Below are positions 27,242 through 36,195 of a DNA stretch of 64,000 bases, one piece after another. A program made the position numbers and the translations under genes. Source of the DNA: Patescibacteria group bacterium (GTDB lineage Bacteria > Patescibacteriota > Microgenomatia > UM-FILTER-40-11); assembly GCA_035530075.1 (NCBI GenBank), contig DATKVM010000004.1, positions 2,132 to 66,131 of the forward strand, in the 5' to 3' direction. The number at the start of each line of letters is the position of its first letter. Within the stretch, counting starts at the first letter, position 1. The notes under the pieces are model-generated. The model worked only from the letters and a program-made list of their open reading frames with translations, did no database searches and was not told the origin of the DNA.

Positions 27242-28330
27242 CTACCTTTTGCTGTTCTTAGAAATATTGTACACAATTCCCATCCCGCTTAAGGAAACCA
27301 AAAGTGAGGAACCGCCATAGGAAATAAATGGCAAAGGCACACCAGTCAAAGGCACTAAAGCCACCATTGCTCCCAGATTAACAATAGCCTGAAATCCTAA
27401 AGAAAAAATAATTCCTGCCACAAGCAGTTGAGCAAATCGGTCTTTCAAATAAATCGCCAGCCTCATCCCCCGTAAAACCAATATTAAAAACAAAAAAACT
27501 AAGCTCCCAGCTCCTAAAAATCCAAACTCTTCAGCGATTACGGCAAAAATCGAATCGGTGGTCACCTCCGGCAAAAATAGAAATTTCTGGCGCGACTGGC
27601 CTAATCCTCGGCCAAAAATTCCCCCACTACCCAAGGCAATCAAGACTTGACGAATATGATAAGAAGCGTCCTGAGCATCCCAGGAAGAGTTTAAAAAACT
27701 AAGCAGTCTCTGTCGACGATAAGGGGAGAACCAAATTAAAATAGGACCCACAATAGCAATTGCTACTCCTAAGCTCAGTACTTCTTTCCAAGGTGCGCCA
27801 GCAATAAAATAAAGGCCAAAAGCAGTGGCGGCAATAATTGTGGCTGTCCCTAAATCAGGCTCCAAGAGTAGCAAAGCCAAAGATAAGCCTACCACGGCGA
27901 CAAAAACCGAGAAACTCCTTTTTTTTTCAAAAAAAGTGGCTAAATAAATAACTAAAGACAGCTTGATTAATTCTCCTGGTTGAAAACCAAGAGGTCCAAT
28001 TTGCAACCAGCGCCGACCGCCATAAATTTCTCTACCAATACCAGGAATTAAAACCGCTAATAAAAAAGCAAAACTGAGCAATAAAAAAGGAAGGGCAATT
28101 TTTTTGAGCAAACGATAATCAAGAAAAGCGAAAAAGAAAAACAAAACCAAACCCAAGACTAGCCAAATTGACTGATGTTTCAAATAATAAAACTTATCGC
28201 CAAAATCAGCCAAAGCCGTCACTGAAGAAGCATCAAATATCATAAACAGGCCGAAAATGCTTAGGATTAAGGCGAAGAAAAAAAACCAACGGTCACCAAT
28301 TTTAAGCGATAGGCTTCGGGGTTTCAGCAT
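27242..28330 (-). CDS. ftsW: SEDS-family lipid II flippase/polymerase FtsW
   Basis: A 10-TM SEDS protein between the ATP-grasp gene and murG in the dcw cluster. Confidence 0.8.
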   Translation of the reverse strand: MLKPRSLSLKIGDRWFFFFALILSIFGLFMIFDASSVTALADFGDKFYYLKHQSIWLVLGLVLFFFFAFLDYRLLKKIALPFLLLSFAFLLAVLIPGIGREIYGGRRWLQIGPLGFQPGELIKLSLVIYLATFFEKKRSFSVFVAVVGLSLALLLLEPDLGTATIIAATAFGLYFIAGAPWKEVLSLGVAIAIVGPILIWFSPYRRQRLLSFLNSSWDAQDASYHIRQVLIALGSGGIFGRGLGQSRQKFLFLPEVTTDSIFAVIAEEFGFLGAGSLVFLFLILVLRGMRLAIYLKDRFAQLLVAGIIFSLGFQAIVNLGAMVALVPLTGVPLPFISYGGSSLLVSLSGMGIVYNISKNSKR

Positions 28331-29667
28331 TTTTCCAGTTTAACCTCATTCCTAATTTTTTCCGCTAATTGAACATACTCCTTCCGCAAAGCTCCTTTTT
28401 CATCGCTCACCTTCTCCAGGGTATCGAAACGCGCCAACTCAATTTCCGGATTCACTTGACGACCTTCAGCCGCCACCGTTAACCAAAGTTCTTCCCGGTT
28501 TTTAGTGGAAAGAAAATAGCTTTCTTTAATAAATTCCAGCGGCAGTCGGTAAAGACCGCTCGGCAAGCTCTGCCGGACTTTTTGGGGCAAACTAGTGGTA
28601 TTACGCAGAACCACTTCGCTTCCGACCACCGAAGGAGGTTCCCATTCATCGATTTCAGCCTTGAAAGGTAAGAAAGCCAGTAAATGATAGGCCAAAAGGG
28701 GCAAAACACCAACCCCTAGTTCCAATTTAGTGTAAAAAGGAACTGAAGCAGTTAAACGAGCATTGTTCTCCGAAACAAAAATCTCTCCGTTCTCTTCGTC
28801 AATTAAGAAATCAAGCCCAAAAAAACCACGGTAACCTTCCTTGGCCATTAATCGGCCGACTTTCCGCGTGATTGCCTCTATCTTACTTTCCTGCTTAGTT
28901 ATCCCGGCTACCGGCCATTGGCGACCTCCAGTACCGCCGGTCGCGGCGGTTAAGAGAGGATGAGATTTTACTTGCAACGCCGGCCGGCTAATTAATATTT
29001 GGTTATCCCAAATTACCGCGTTATTAAGAAACGTCCTTCCTTTGACAAAACGACCGACTTTTACCCGCAACGAACCATAATCTTTCTTCAACCTTTCCAA
29101 TTCTTCCGGGCTCCTAACAAAAAAAGTAGAGCTGCCTGCCCAACCCCGGCCGAACTGTAAGACCAGAATCTCTCCGTACAAGCGAGCCATTTCATTAAAC
29201 GAGAGGCCGGCCAGTTCGGCAATTTCACCCGGCGCAGTCCGAATCCCCACTTTTTGGCAAAATTCAAAAAAGGCAACCTTGTCCTCAAAGCGGCGGTTTA
29301 ACTCCACCGGATTGCCCAGAAGGTTAAAATGGTGCTCTTGAGCTAAAACTTCAATCTTTTTTTGCGGCTTAAAAAACAAAATTTGAGGAGTTCTCCCTCC
29401 GGCTTTCTCTTTAATGAATGTCAAGACTGCTGGCTGAGATAAAATATTACCGCTCACTCGGGCAAGAACATTTTTCTTACCCACGCTCCTTTCAAGACAA
29501 AAAACTGAAACTCCATTCTTTTGCAAAATATCTACCAAAGGATGATCGTCCAGGCAAACAATATGATAGTTGGGCAAAAGATTTTCCAAACCGATTCCCT
29601 GCCCTACATCATTCGTGACATAAAAAATCGGCTGGGTTAGATTGTGCAAATAATCAATTTCTACCAT
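28324..29667 (-). CDS. ATP-grasp domain ligase of unknown specificity, at the position where murD normally sits
   Basis: The C-terminal ATP-grasp core is GYRGFFGLDFLIDEENGEIFVSENNARLTAS, preceded by Gly-rich ATP-binding loops. The N-terminal roughly 150 aa are unassigned. Confidence 0.65.
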   Translation of the reverse strand: MVEIDYLHNLTQPIFYVTNDVGQGIGLENLLPNYHIVCLDDHPLVDILQKNGVSVFCLERSVGKKNVLARVSGNILSQPAVLTFIKEKAGGRTPQILFFKPQKKIEVLAQEHHFNLLGNPVELNRRFEDKVAFFEFCQKVGIRTAPGEIAELAGLSFNEMARLYGEILVLQFGRGWAGSSTFFVRSPEELERLKKDYGSLRVKVGRFVKGRTFLNNAVIWDNQILISRPALQVKSHPLLTAATGGTGGRQWPVAGITKQESKIEAITRKVGRLMAKEGYRGFFGLDFLIDEENGEIFVSENNARLTASVPFYTKLELGVGVLPLLAYHLLAFLPFKAEIDEWEPPSVVGSEVVLRNTTSLPQKVRQSLPSGLYRLPLEFIKESYFLSTKNREELWLTVAAEGRQVNPEIELARFDTLEKVSDEKGALRKEYVQLAEKIRNEVKLEKC

Positions 29668-29678
29668 TGCTCAATGCT

Positions 29679-30623
29679 TTAATACTTTTTCCCGGTTAAT
29701 AAACAAACGGCTTTCCCTACTGGCCAACCGCCAGTTTTGGCTTTTTTCCAGGCAGCATAAGCCAAGGCGCCTTCGGCCGAAGTAATAATTTCTTTCTTTC
29801 CTAAATCTTCTTGTGCTTCTTTAACCTCTTGATTGCTGATTACCCAACCAGTTCCTCCTGATTCTCTGACTAAACCGGCCACTTTTTGCCGCAAAGGAGT
29901 ATATTTGGCGACTAAAGCTTCTGACAAACTGGCCTCCTCCGGCTGAAAATTCTTAGTAAAAAGGGAGGCAATCGGACAGACGGCCGCCGGCTGGCAAACA
30001 TGCAACCGAGGTAAAAAGCCGATTTTTTTAAAGCCTTCGGCCATTCCTACCAGCGCTACTCCACTGGAAACCGGGATAAAAATGTCCTCCACTGCTCCCT
30101 CACTTTCTGCCAACTCAAAAGCAATCGTCTGATAGCCCTCTGGGCCGAATTTATTTCGTGATGGCCTTAAATTCAAAACCCCTTTTCGACGGCTGAATTT
30201 TACCGCCTCACTCACCGGTCTGTCTGAAGAACTAATCACTACCCCCGCCTTCCTCAACTGCGCCAATTTCCCTTCATTAATTTTCGGTGAAACAAAAACA
30301 TGAAGGTCAATCCCCGCCAAGCGGCAATATTGGCTGGCGGCAACAGCAGCGTTGCCGGATGAAGAAAGTACTACCTCTTTCTTACCCAAACTTTTAGCCC
30401 AACTAACCAGATAAGCCATCCCTCGGTCCTTAAGCGAGCCGTTGGGATTCTCATCCTCCCGCTTTAAAGTCAGTCCTTCTCCCAAAGCGACCTCGGCTGT
30501 CCCCCCTTCTCCTAATGAGAGTTTAAATTCATCCGGCAGGGGTGAGAGATAGGCCGAATATTGCCAAATTCCCTTCCCTTGATTGTCCTTCAAAAGTCCA
30601 ATTTTTAGCTTGCTTTTTATCAC
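29679..30623 (-). CDS. PLP-dependent enzyme of the threonine synthase / Trp-synthase-beta fold family
   Basis: NPNGSLKDRGMAYLV matches the PLP-lysine motif (S-F/L-K-D-R-G) of threonine synthase-like enzymes, and there is a Gly-rich SSGNAAVA loop. At 314 aa it is shorter than canonical ThrC. Confidence 0.6.
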   Translation of the reverse strand: MIKSKLKIGLLKDNQGKGIWQYSAYLSPLPDEFKLSLGEGGTAEVALGEGLTLKREDENPNGSLKDRGMAYLVSWAKSLGKKEVVLSSSGNAAVAASQYCRLAGIDLHVFVSPKINEGKLAQLRKAGVVISSSDRPVSEAVKFSRRKGVLNLRPSRNKFGPEGYQTIAFELAESEGAVEDIFIPVSSGVALVGMAEGFKKIGFLPRLHVCQPAAVCPIASLFTKNFQPEEASLSEALVAKYTPLRQKVAGLVRESGGTGWVISNQEVKEAQEDLGKKEIITSAEGALAYAAWKKAKTGGWPVGKAVCLLTGKKY

Positions 30624-30687
30624 CGAGTATCCTAATATCTTAATATCCTAGTATCCTAATGACCTATTATAGTATAAGGAGGGTTAA

Positions 30688-30846
30688 ATGACGAAAACAA
30701 TTCAATGTCCTGACTGTGAAACCGTCATCATTGTTCCTGACGATGCCCAAGCCGGCGATATTGTCGAATGCGAAGACTGCGGTAACGAATTTGAGATTGT
30801 CTCCACTAATCCTCTTCAAGTGGCAATGGTGGTGGAAGAAAAATAA
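30688..30846 (+). CDS. LysW-like zinc-ribbon amino-group carrier protein (52 aa), absent from the ORF track
   Basis: A strong SD (AAGGAGGG) lies 7 nt upstream. The protein MTKTIQCPDCETVIIVPDDAQAGDIVECEDCGNEFEIVSTNPLQVAMVVEEK matches the LysW pattern CPxC-x14-GE/D-l-V-x-C-x-D/E-CG-x-E-l-E-V-V-S-x-D/N-P-L and has an acidic C-terminal EEK. Confidence 0.5.
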   Translation: MTKTIQCPDCETVIIVPDDAQAGDIVECEDCGNEFEIVSTNPLQVAMVVEEK

Positions 30847-30851
30847 TTCTC

Positions 30852-31610
30852 TCAAGCCCAAATTTTCAGCCTTTTAAGGCCGTCGCCCTGAGAAGAAAGA
30901 AGCATTTGTTTGTAACTATCACCGTTAGGAAGAGTTTCCTCCCATTCTTGATCAGCTAATCCTCCTTCCAGATTGGTAATCTTAATTAGGCCACTATGAA
31001 CCCCTGGTACAGCCGTCTTTTCTGATGAGTGGACATACTCTATTTCCCTCACTTTCCCCAAATCCCTTACCACTTTTATGACGACAGCGATATGTTTTCC
31101 CCCATGTAAACGGATAGTGTCGCCCACTCGAATCTCATCTATCTTTTTCACCGGAATAGACAAATTCTTACCGGTCAGCTTATCGGCACTGACCTGGCGT
31201 TGGGCTAAAGTGCCCGGGAGACGGGGAATAAGGTCAGCTATCCCCCTCCCGCCTCTTCCTCTATCCAAAGCGTCCAGCATCCAAAAAACAAAGCCGGAGC
31301 AATCAACACCAATTTTTTTTCTTTTCATAAAAGCCAAAATTTCTTCTTCTGACATCTGATTAAGATTAACTGCCGCTTTTTTGGCTGCTGACTCTGTTGC
31401 TTCTACGATCTGTTCTGGTTTTCCTTTACCCCCAAACGGCCCAGTGATAGCCAATGAAAGCCTATTGCGCCAATAAGGGCAGCTAATTTCCTTCCCGCCA
31501 ATAGGCAAGTGAGTATATTGATAAAACAGACTCTCTAAAGCCTTCGAATTTTGCACTTTGCACTCTTGTCCTGAGCTTTGTCGAAGGATTGCACTTTGCA
31601 CTTTCGTCAT
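30852..31610 (-). CDS. NlpC/P60 (C40) family cell-wall peptidase
   Basis: The catalytic Cys motif (GVDCSGFVFW) and a downstream His (HIAVVIK) are present. The start was moved to the Met at 31608-31610, forming an ATGA overlap with the mraY stop. The N-terminus is encoded by repeat element copy A. Confidence 0.6.
   Translation of the reverse strand: MTKVQSAILRQSSGQECKVQNSKALESLFYQYTHLPIGGKEISCPYWRNRLSLAITGPFGGKGKPEQIVEATESAAKKAAVNLNQMSEEEILAFMKRKKIGVDCSGFVFWMLDALDRGRGGRGIADLIPRLPGTLAQRQVSADKLTGKNLSIPVKKIDEIRVGDTIRLHGGKHIAVVIKVVRDLGKVREIEYVHSSEKTAVPGVHSGLIKITNLEGGLADQEWEETLPNGDSYKQMLLSSQGDGLKRLKIWA
31551..31604. repeat. Intragenic repeat element, copy A (core CTTGTCCTGAGCTTTGTCGAAGGAT flanked by TGCACTTTGCACT tandems)
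   Basis: An exact 25-nt core is shared with copies at 36846 and 63353. Here it encodes the N-terminus MTKVQSAILRQSSGQECKVQ of the NlpC/P60 gene. Confidence 0.75.
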
Positions 31611-32641
31611 ATGTATGCTAGCCAAAGCCCAATAATGGCCAACATAATTGCTGCCAACCAAGCCCGCATCACGATTTTCGGCTCTTCCCAACCCTGGTTT
31701 TGTAGCCAAAGATGAAAAGGAGCAACCGCAAAGGCTTTTCTTTTTAAAAATTTCTTGGAAAGAATTTGAATTAAGCTTGAAGTGACTTCAACCACAAAAA
31801 TACCCCCAATGACCAGCAAAGCGACCACTTTACCAATTAAAAGTCCCACTACGGCCAAGGTAGCCCCAAAAGATAAAGCGCCAACATCCCCCAGAATAAT
31901 TCTGGCCGGATAAACATTGAAGTACAGGAAGGCGATTAAACTCCCTATCCAAAGAGCGATAAAAACCGAAAGCGGGGTATCCAAGACTGAATGAGAAAGC
32001 AACCAAAAGGCAAAAAGGCAAATTAAGAGCACCCCCGAAGACAAACCATCCAAGCCATCAGTGATATTAAAAGCATTGGCAAAAGCCACAATCGCCAAAG
32101 CTGCCAGTGGGATAAAAATGGGGCCTAATTTCAAGACCCCTAAAGAAGGAATATTGATAATGTCAATCTTCAAATTGAAATACATTAAAGAGCTGATAAT
32201 AAAGGCCAAAATCCATTGAATGGCAAATTTGTGCCGTAACCTTAGGCCAAAAAAGCCGCTTTTTTCAAAACCAAAGAATTTTTTGATATCATCATAAAGT
32301 CCTAAAAGACCAAAGGAAACAAAGGTAAAAAAAAGAATGTTAAGCTCATCCGTCATTCGGTAGGCACTCCGAATATAGGTCCCCAGAAAAGAAAGCAAGG
32401 GGAAAAGGATTAAATACAAAAGAAAAGTGACGCCGATAACTAATAAACCCCCTCCGACTGGCGTACCTGCTTTGGGATTATTAAATTTGTCAAAAATGCG
32501 GGTCCGTTGGCCCTCCATATCACGAGTTTGTTGAACCCGACGATAAAATTTCAATTTATAGAGAAGATTAATAAACGGCACCACCAGAATACTGGTGATT
32601 AAAAAAGAAAAGATAAGTAGCCCGAGATACAACGCAATCAT
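31607..32641 (-). CDS. mraY: Phospho-N-acetylmuramoyl-pentapeptide transferase
   Basis: A polytopic membrane protein carrying the NITDGLDGL motif, the Asp-rich loops and the C-terminal HH motif region. Confidence 0.9.
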   Translation of the reverse strand: MIALYLGLLIFSFLITSILVVPFINLLYKLKFYRRVQQTRDMEGQRTRIFDKFNNPKAGTPVGGGLLVIGVTFLLYLILFPLLSFLGTYIRSAYRMTDELNILFFTFVSFGLLGLYDDIKKFFGFEKSGFFGLRLRHKFAIQWILAFIISSLMYFNLKIDIINIPSLGVLKLGPIFIPLAALAIVAFANAFNITDGLDGLSSGVLLICLFAFWLLSHSVLDTPLSVFIALWIGSLIAFLYFNVYPARIILGDVGALSFGATLAVVGLLIGKVVALLVIGGIFVVEVTSSLIQILSKKFLKRKAFAVAPFHLWLQNQGWEEPKIVMRAWLAAIMLAIIGLWLAYI

Positions 32642-32648
32642 GTAAAAT

Positions 32649-33860
32649 TCATTTTACACACTCTCGTAGTTTAGGACAAGTTAAACAAGGTTGGTAATGG
32701 TGGCAAACAACTTCCGGGCAACCAACCTCTTTTCCCTCTAAGAGTAAAAGGATTCTTTCTAAGTGACGCAATAAGGAAGCTTTCAAGTAAAGCAAATCGT
32801 CTTTTTTAAGAATAGTTTTTAAAGTTTCGGCCGCTTCTTGAACGTCTTTTGTCCAAAAGAGCTGGTTTTTTTTCATTCCTGCCTTTTGGGCCGCCTCAAT
32901 GATTAATTTAGTCAAAGGCCCAACGCCCACAATAACATCCAGCTTCAACTTCGCCGCCTCTTCACCCACCAGGCGATGCATTTTTTCACCATATTCTCCC
33001 AACTCACCCATCTCACCCAAAACCGCCACTTTCCTCCCCGGAAATTCTGTCAAAGACCTTAAACCCGCCATGGTTGAGGCCGGATTTGCCCGTCTGGCAT
33101 CGTTTATCAGAATAGTTCCTAGCGGTCCCGGCTCTAAACTAAATCTTCCCGACAACGGCTTTAGTCCTGCCAATCTCTCAACTGTCTTATCCTTCTTGAC
33201 TCCCTGCTCCCTTCCGACAAGGTAGGCCACCAAGCAAGCATAAACTGCCGGATAGCCGAGCAATCCCGTCTTGACCATCAGCTTTTCTTTGCCCTCGTGA
33301 AGCTCAAATTCAGTTCCCCCAAGTGAAATCTCGACTTTATCTGCCCAGACATCAGCTTTCTTATCAAGACCGTAAAAAAACTTCTTTCCCTTAAATTCCT
33401 GACCAACTTTTCTTACCGTCTCATCATCATAATTAAAAACCGCCAGGCCGCCCTCGGGGATTGCCTCCACCAGCTTCCTTTTTTCCGCGACTACATTTTC
33501 CAAAGAACCCAAGTGTTCCTCATCTGCATGAACCGGAGTAATGCCAGTTAAAATCGCTATCTTAGGCTTAACCAGGGAAAGGTGAAGGTCCATCTCGCCT
33601 CGATGGTCAACTCCATACTCCAAAACTAAAACTTCATTCCAAATTTTAGTTTTCAAAATCGTGATTGGCAAGTTATAAATCGTGTCCAGATTAAGATCAG
33701 TCCGATTAACCGAATACTTAGCCGAAAGCACTTCGGCAATCGCCCGAACCGCGGCAGTTTTCCCATAACTGCCGGTAACCCCGACCACTGTCAGCTGCAA
33801 ATTAACGTCCAGCCACAATTTGGCCAAAGTCCTTCTTGCTTGATGAAAAAGATTCTTCAT
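32649..33860 (-). CDS. murF: UDP-MurNAc-tripeptide--D-alanyl-D-alanine ligase (MurF-like), lacking the usual N-terminal domain and carrying a Cys-rich C-terminal tail
   Basis: The Mur ligase central domain reads VVGVTGSYGKT. TDLNLDTIYNLPITIL resembles the MurF N-N-x-I-G-x-P loop, and the C-terminal KASLL region resembles MurF KGSR. It sits immediately upstream of mraY, as in the canonical order. Confidence 0.65.
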   Translation of the reverse strand: MKNLFHQARRTLAKLWLDVNLQLTVVGVTGSYGKTAAVRAIAEVLSAKYSVNRTDLNLDTIYNLPITILKTKIWNEVLVLEYGVDHRGEMDLHLSLVKPKIAILTGITPVHADEEHLGSLENVVAEKRKLVEAIPEGGLAVFNYDDETVRKVGQEFKGKKFFYGLDKKADVWADKVEISLGGTEFELHEGKEKLMVKTGLLGYPAVYACLVAYLVGREQGVKKDKTVERLAGLKPLSGRFSLEPGPLGTILINDARRANPASTMAGLRSLTEFPGRKVAVLGEMGELGEYGEKMHRLVGEEAAKLKLDVIVGVGPLTKLIIEAAQKAGMKKNQLFWTKDVQEAAETLKTILKKDDLLYLKASLLRHLERILLLLEGKEVGCPEVVCHHYQPCLTCPKLRECVK

Positions 33861-34873
33861 GATTTTTTTTCTAAAGAGAGTCCAATTATCCGATCTAAAA
33901 GCTTTTCATAACTAATACCTGCTACTGCCGCTTCTTTAGGAAGCAAAGAAGCTGGTGTTAATCCGGGAATAGTATTGATCTCTAAAACATACGGTTTACC
34001 GCTGGAAATGATCATATCCACTCTCCCAAACCCCTGACAGCCAATGGCCTTATATACTTTTATAGCAACATCCTGTATTTCCTTAGTCAACTTCGGGGCA
34101 ATCCGGGCAGGAACAATCTCGTCGCACTTTCCATCAGTATACTTGGCCTCATAATCAAAAAATTCATTTTTAGGGACTATTTCCACCACCGGTAAGGCTA
34201 TCGGGTCTTCATTGCCCAAAACTCCACAGCTTACTTCAGTTCCAGAAAGATATTCCTCCACCAAAACTCTTGGACCATATTGAAATGCTTTTTCCAAGGC
34301 TTTCCCCAACTCCTCCCTTTTATGAACAATGCTAACTCCCACGCTTGACCCCTGAGATGAAGGTTTGACTACCACTGGCAGCGGAAAATTTTCCCAAACT
34401 AAACTTTCGTTGTCTGTCTTCTTGAGCATCAATGCCTTCGCCATGGAAATTTTTTCGCCAGCCATAACTTTTCTGAACATCGATTTATCCATTCCTATGG
34501 CTGAGGCCAAAACTCCTGCTCCGGTATAAGGAATGCCGATCATTTCCAGCATCCCTTGAACGATCCCGTCCTCACCAAAAGGCCCATGCATGACAATAAA
34601 AACCACGTCTGCTCTTTGGGGTGCTTCTTCTGGTCGAATTACCTCTTGTGTGGGTGTCAAATCTTTAGCTGAAGAAACTTCCTGCCGATATGCCAAAAGT
34701 CCTTCTTTTTTCTTTAACTGCCACCTCTGACCGTCGTTAGAAATTACCAAAGGTAGAACCTCGTATTTGGCTGGGTCTAAATGTCTTACCACTTCTCTCC
34801 CACCAACTAAGGAGACCTCGTGCTCTGGGCTCTTCCCACCCATTAAGACAATGACACGAATCTTTTTCTTCAT
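33857..34873 (-). CDS. ddl: D-alanine--D-alanine ligase
   Basis: An ATP-grasp Ddl with N-terminal VLMGGKSPEHEVSL, a central region and the C-terminal E-x-N motif (LEINTIPG). Confidence 0.9.
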   Translation of the reverse strand: MKKKIRVIVLMGGKSPEHEVSLVGGREVVRHLDPAKYEVLPLVISNDGQRWQLKKKEGLLAYRQEVSSAKDLTPTQEVIRPEEAPQRADVVFIVMHGPFGEDGIVQGMLEMIGIPYTGAGVLASAIGMDKSMFRKVMAGEKISMAKALMLKKTDNESLVWENFPLPVVVKPSSQGSSVGVSIVHKREELGKALEKAFQYGPRVLVEEYLSGTEVSCGVLGNEDPIALPVVEIVPKNEFFDYEAKYTDGKCDEIVPARIAPKLTKEIQDVAIKVYKAIGCQGFGRVDMIISSGKPYVLEINTIPGLTPASLLPKEAAVAGISYEKLLDRIIGLSLEKKS

Positions 34874-36192
34874 ATGTTTACCCTCTTAATATCTGCCCCT
34901 AAAGATTTCAAACGGCCGTCCAGATTTTCATAACCTCTATCAACATGCTCCACGTTCAAAAGTTCACTCTGGCCTCGGGCAATTAAAGAGGCGAGAATTA
35001 GAGAGGCGCCGGCCCGCAAATCGGTAATTTCTTCGGTCATTGCCCTTAGGGGAGTGGGGCCGACAATTCTGGCCGCATGTATATATTCCGGCCGGTCATC
35101 TTCCAAATTAAAGACATAAATTTCTTCTGGGTTTTCTACTACCGGATTAAAAAGCTCGATCTTAGCTCCCATTTTTTTAAGTTCATTAACGAAGGCAAAG
35201 CGATTTTCAAAAATCGTTTCGTGAATAACTGATTCTCCTTCCGCCTGAGTCATTAAAATTCCCCAAAGGGGCATCCAGTCAGTCATAAAACCCGGATGGG
35301 GTCGGGTAGTAATATTAACCGCTTTTAAGGGGTCCTTGTAAAAAAATCTAATGCCCCGTCTTTCAACCTCAAAACCACCACCCGCTTTTTTAACTGCCAT
35401 CAAAAAAGCGCCTAAGTCTTTCTCCTCCGCATGGAGAACAAAAACATCGCCTTTGGTAGCCAAAGCAGCGCAGCCAAAAGTGACCGCTTCATTGCGGTCA
35501 TACATGACGGTATAATCGGTTCCGTGAAGCTTATCCACCCCTTCAATCACAATTGTTCTCGGCTCCACCCGATTAATTTTTGCCCCCATTTGATTTAAAA
35601 AGGCAATTAAATCATCTACTTCCGGCTCTTGAGCCGCATTTTCTAAAATTGTTTTCCCTTTTGCTGCCGCAGCGGCAATAATCATAATATCTGTCCCCCC
35701 ATGAGTATTCTTGGGGAAAGTAAAGTGCCCACCAGAAAGTTGCTTTGCTACAATTTCATAGCGATCGGGAAAGCTTCTAATCTCCGCCCCTAAAGCCTGC
35801 AACCCCTCCAAATGTCGGTCAATTGGCCGCCGGCCGATTTTGCAGCCACCAGGGTTGGGGATAATCGCCTTACCAAAATGATGGAGAAGGGGACCGATAA
35901 AATAGGTGGCCGCCCGGGAGAGTTCGCCGCTTTTTTGGGAAAGGTTATATCTAGATAAACCTCGGGGGGTCACTTGCATCACATGATTTTCCCCAAAGGT
36001 CACCTCCCCACCCAACTCCCGGATTACTTCCGCCGTGGATAGAACATCGCCAATTTTAGAGAAATTATGGAGCGTCGTTGGTTCATCCGCATATAAGGCG
36101 GCAATCATTAGTTTAAAGCCGGAATTTTTCGCTCCGCAAAGGCTAACTTCACCAGAAAGAGGCTTCCCCCCGGTAATGATAAATTTATCCAT
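34870..36192 (-). CDS. murA: UDP-N-acetylglucosamine 1-carboxyvinyltransferase
   Basis: An EPSP-synthase-like fold with the catalytic Cys loop region (KNTHGGTDIMI). The N-terminus MDKFIITGGKPLSGEVSLCGAKNS is typical of MurA. Confidence 0.9.
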   Translation of the reverse strand: MDKFIITGGKPLSGEVSLCGAKNSGFKLMIAALYADEPTTLHNFSKIGDVLSTAEVIRELGGEVTFGENHVMQVTPRGLSRYNLSQKSGELSRAATYFIGPLLHHFGKAIIPNPGGCKIGRRPIDRHLEGLQALGAEIRSFPDRYEIVAKQLSGGHFTFPKNTHGGTDIMIIAAAAAKGKTILENAAQEPEVDDLIAFLNQMGAKINRVEPRTIVIEGVDKLHGTDYTVMYDRNEAVTFGCAALATKGDVFVLHAEEKDLGAFLMAVKKAGGGFEVERRGIRFFYKDPLKAVNITTRPHPGFMTDWMPLWGILMTQAEGESVIHETIFENRFAFVNELKKMGAKIELFNPVVENPEEIYVFNLEDDRPEYIHAARIVGPTPLRAMTEEITDLRAGASLILASLIARGQSELLNVEHVDRGYENLDGRLKSLGADIKRVNI

Positions 36193-36195
36193 AGA

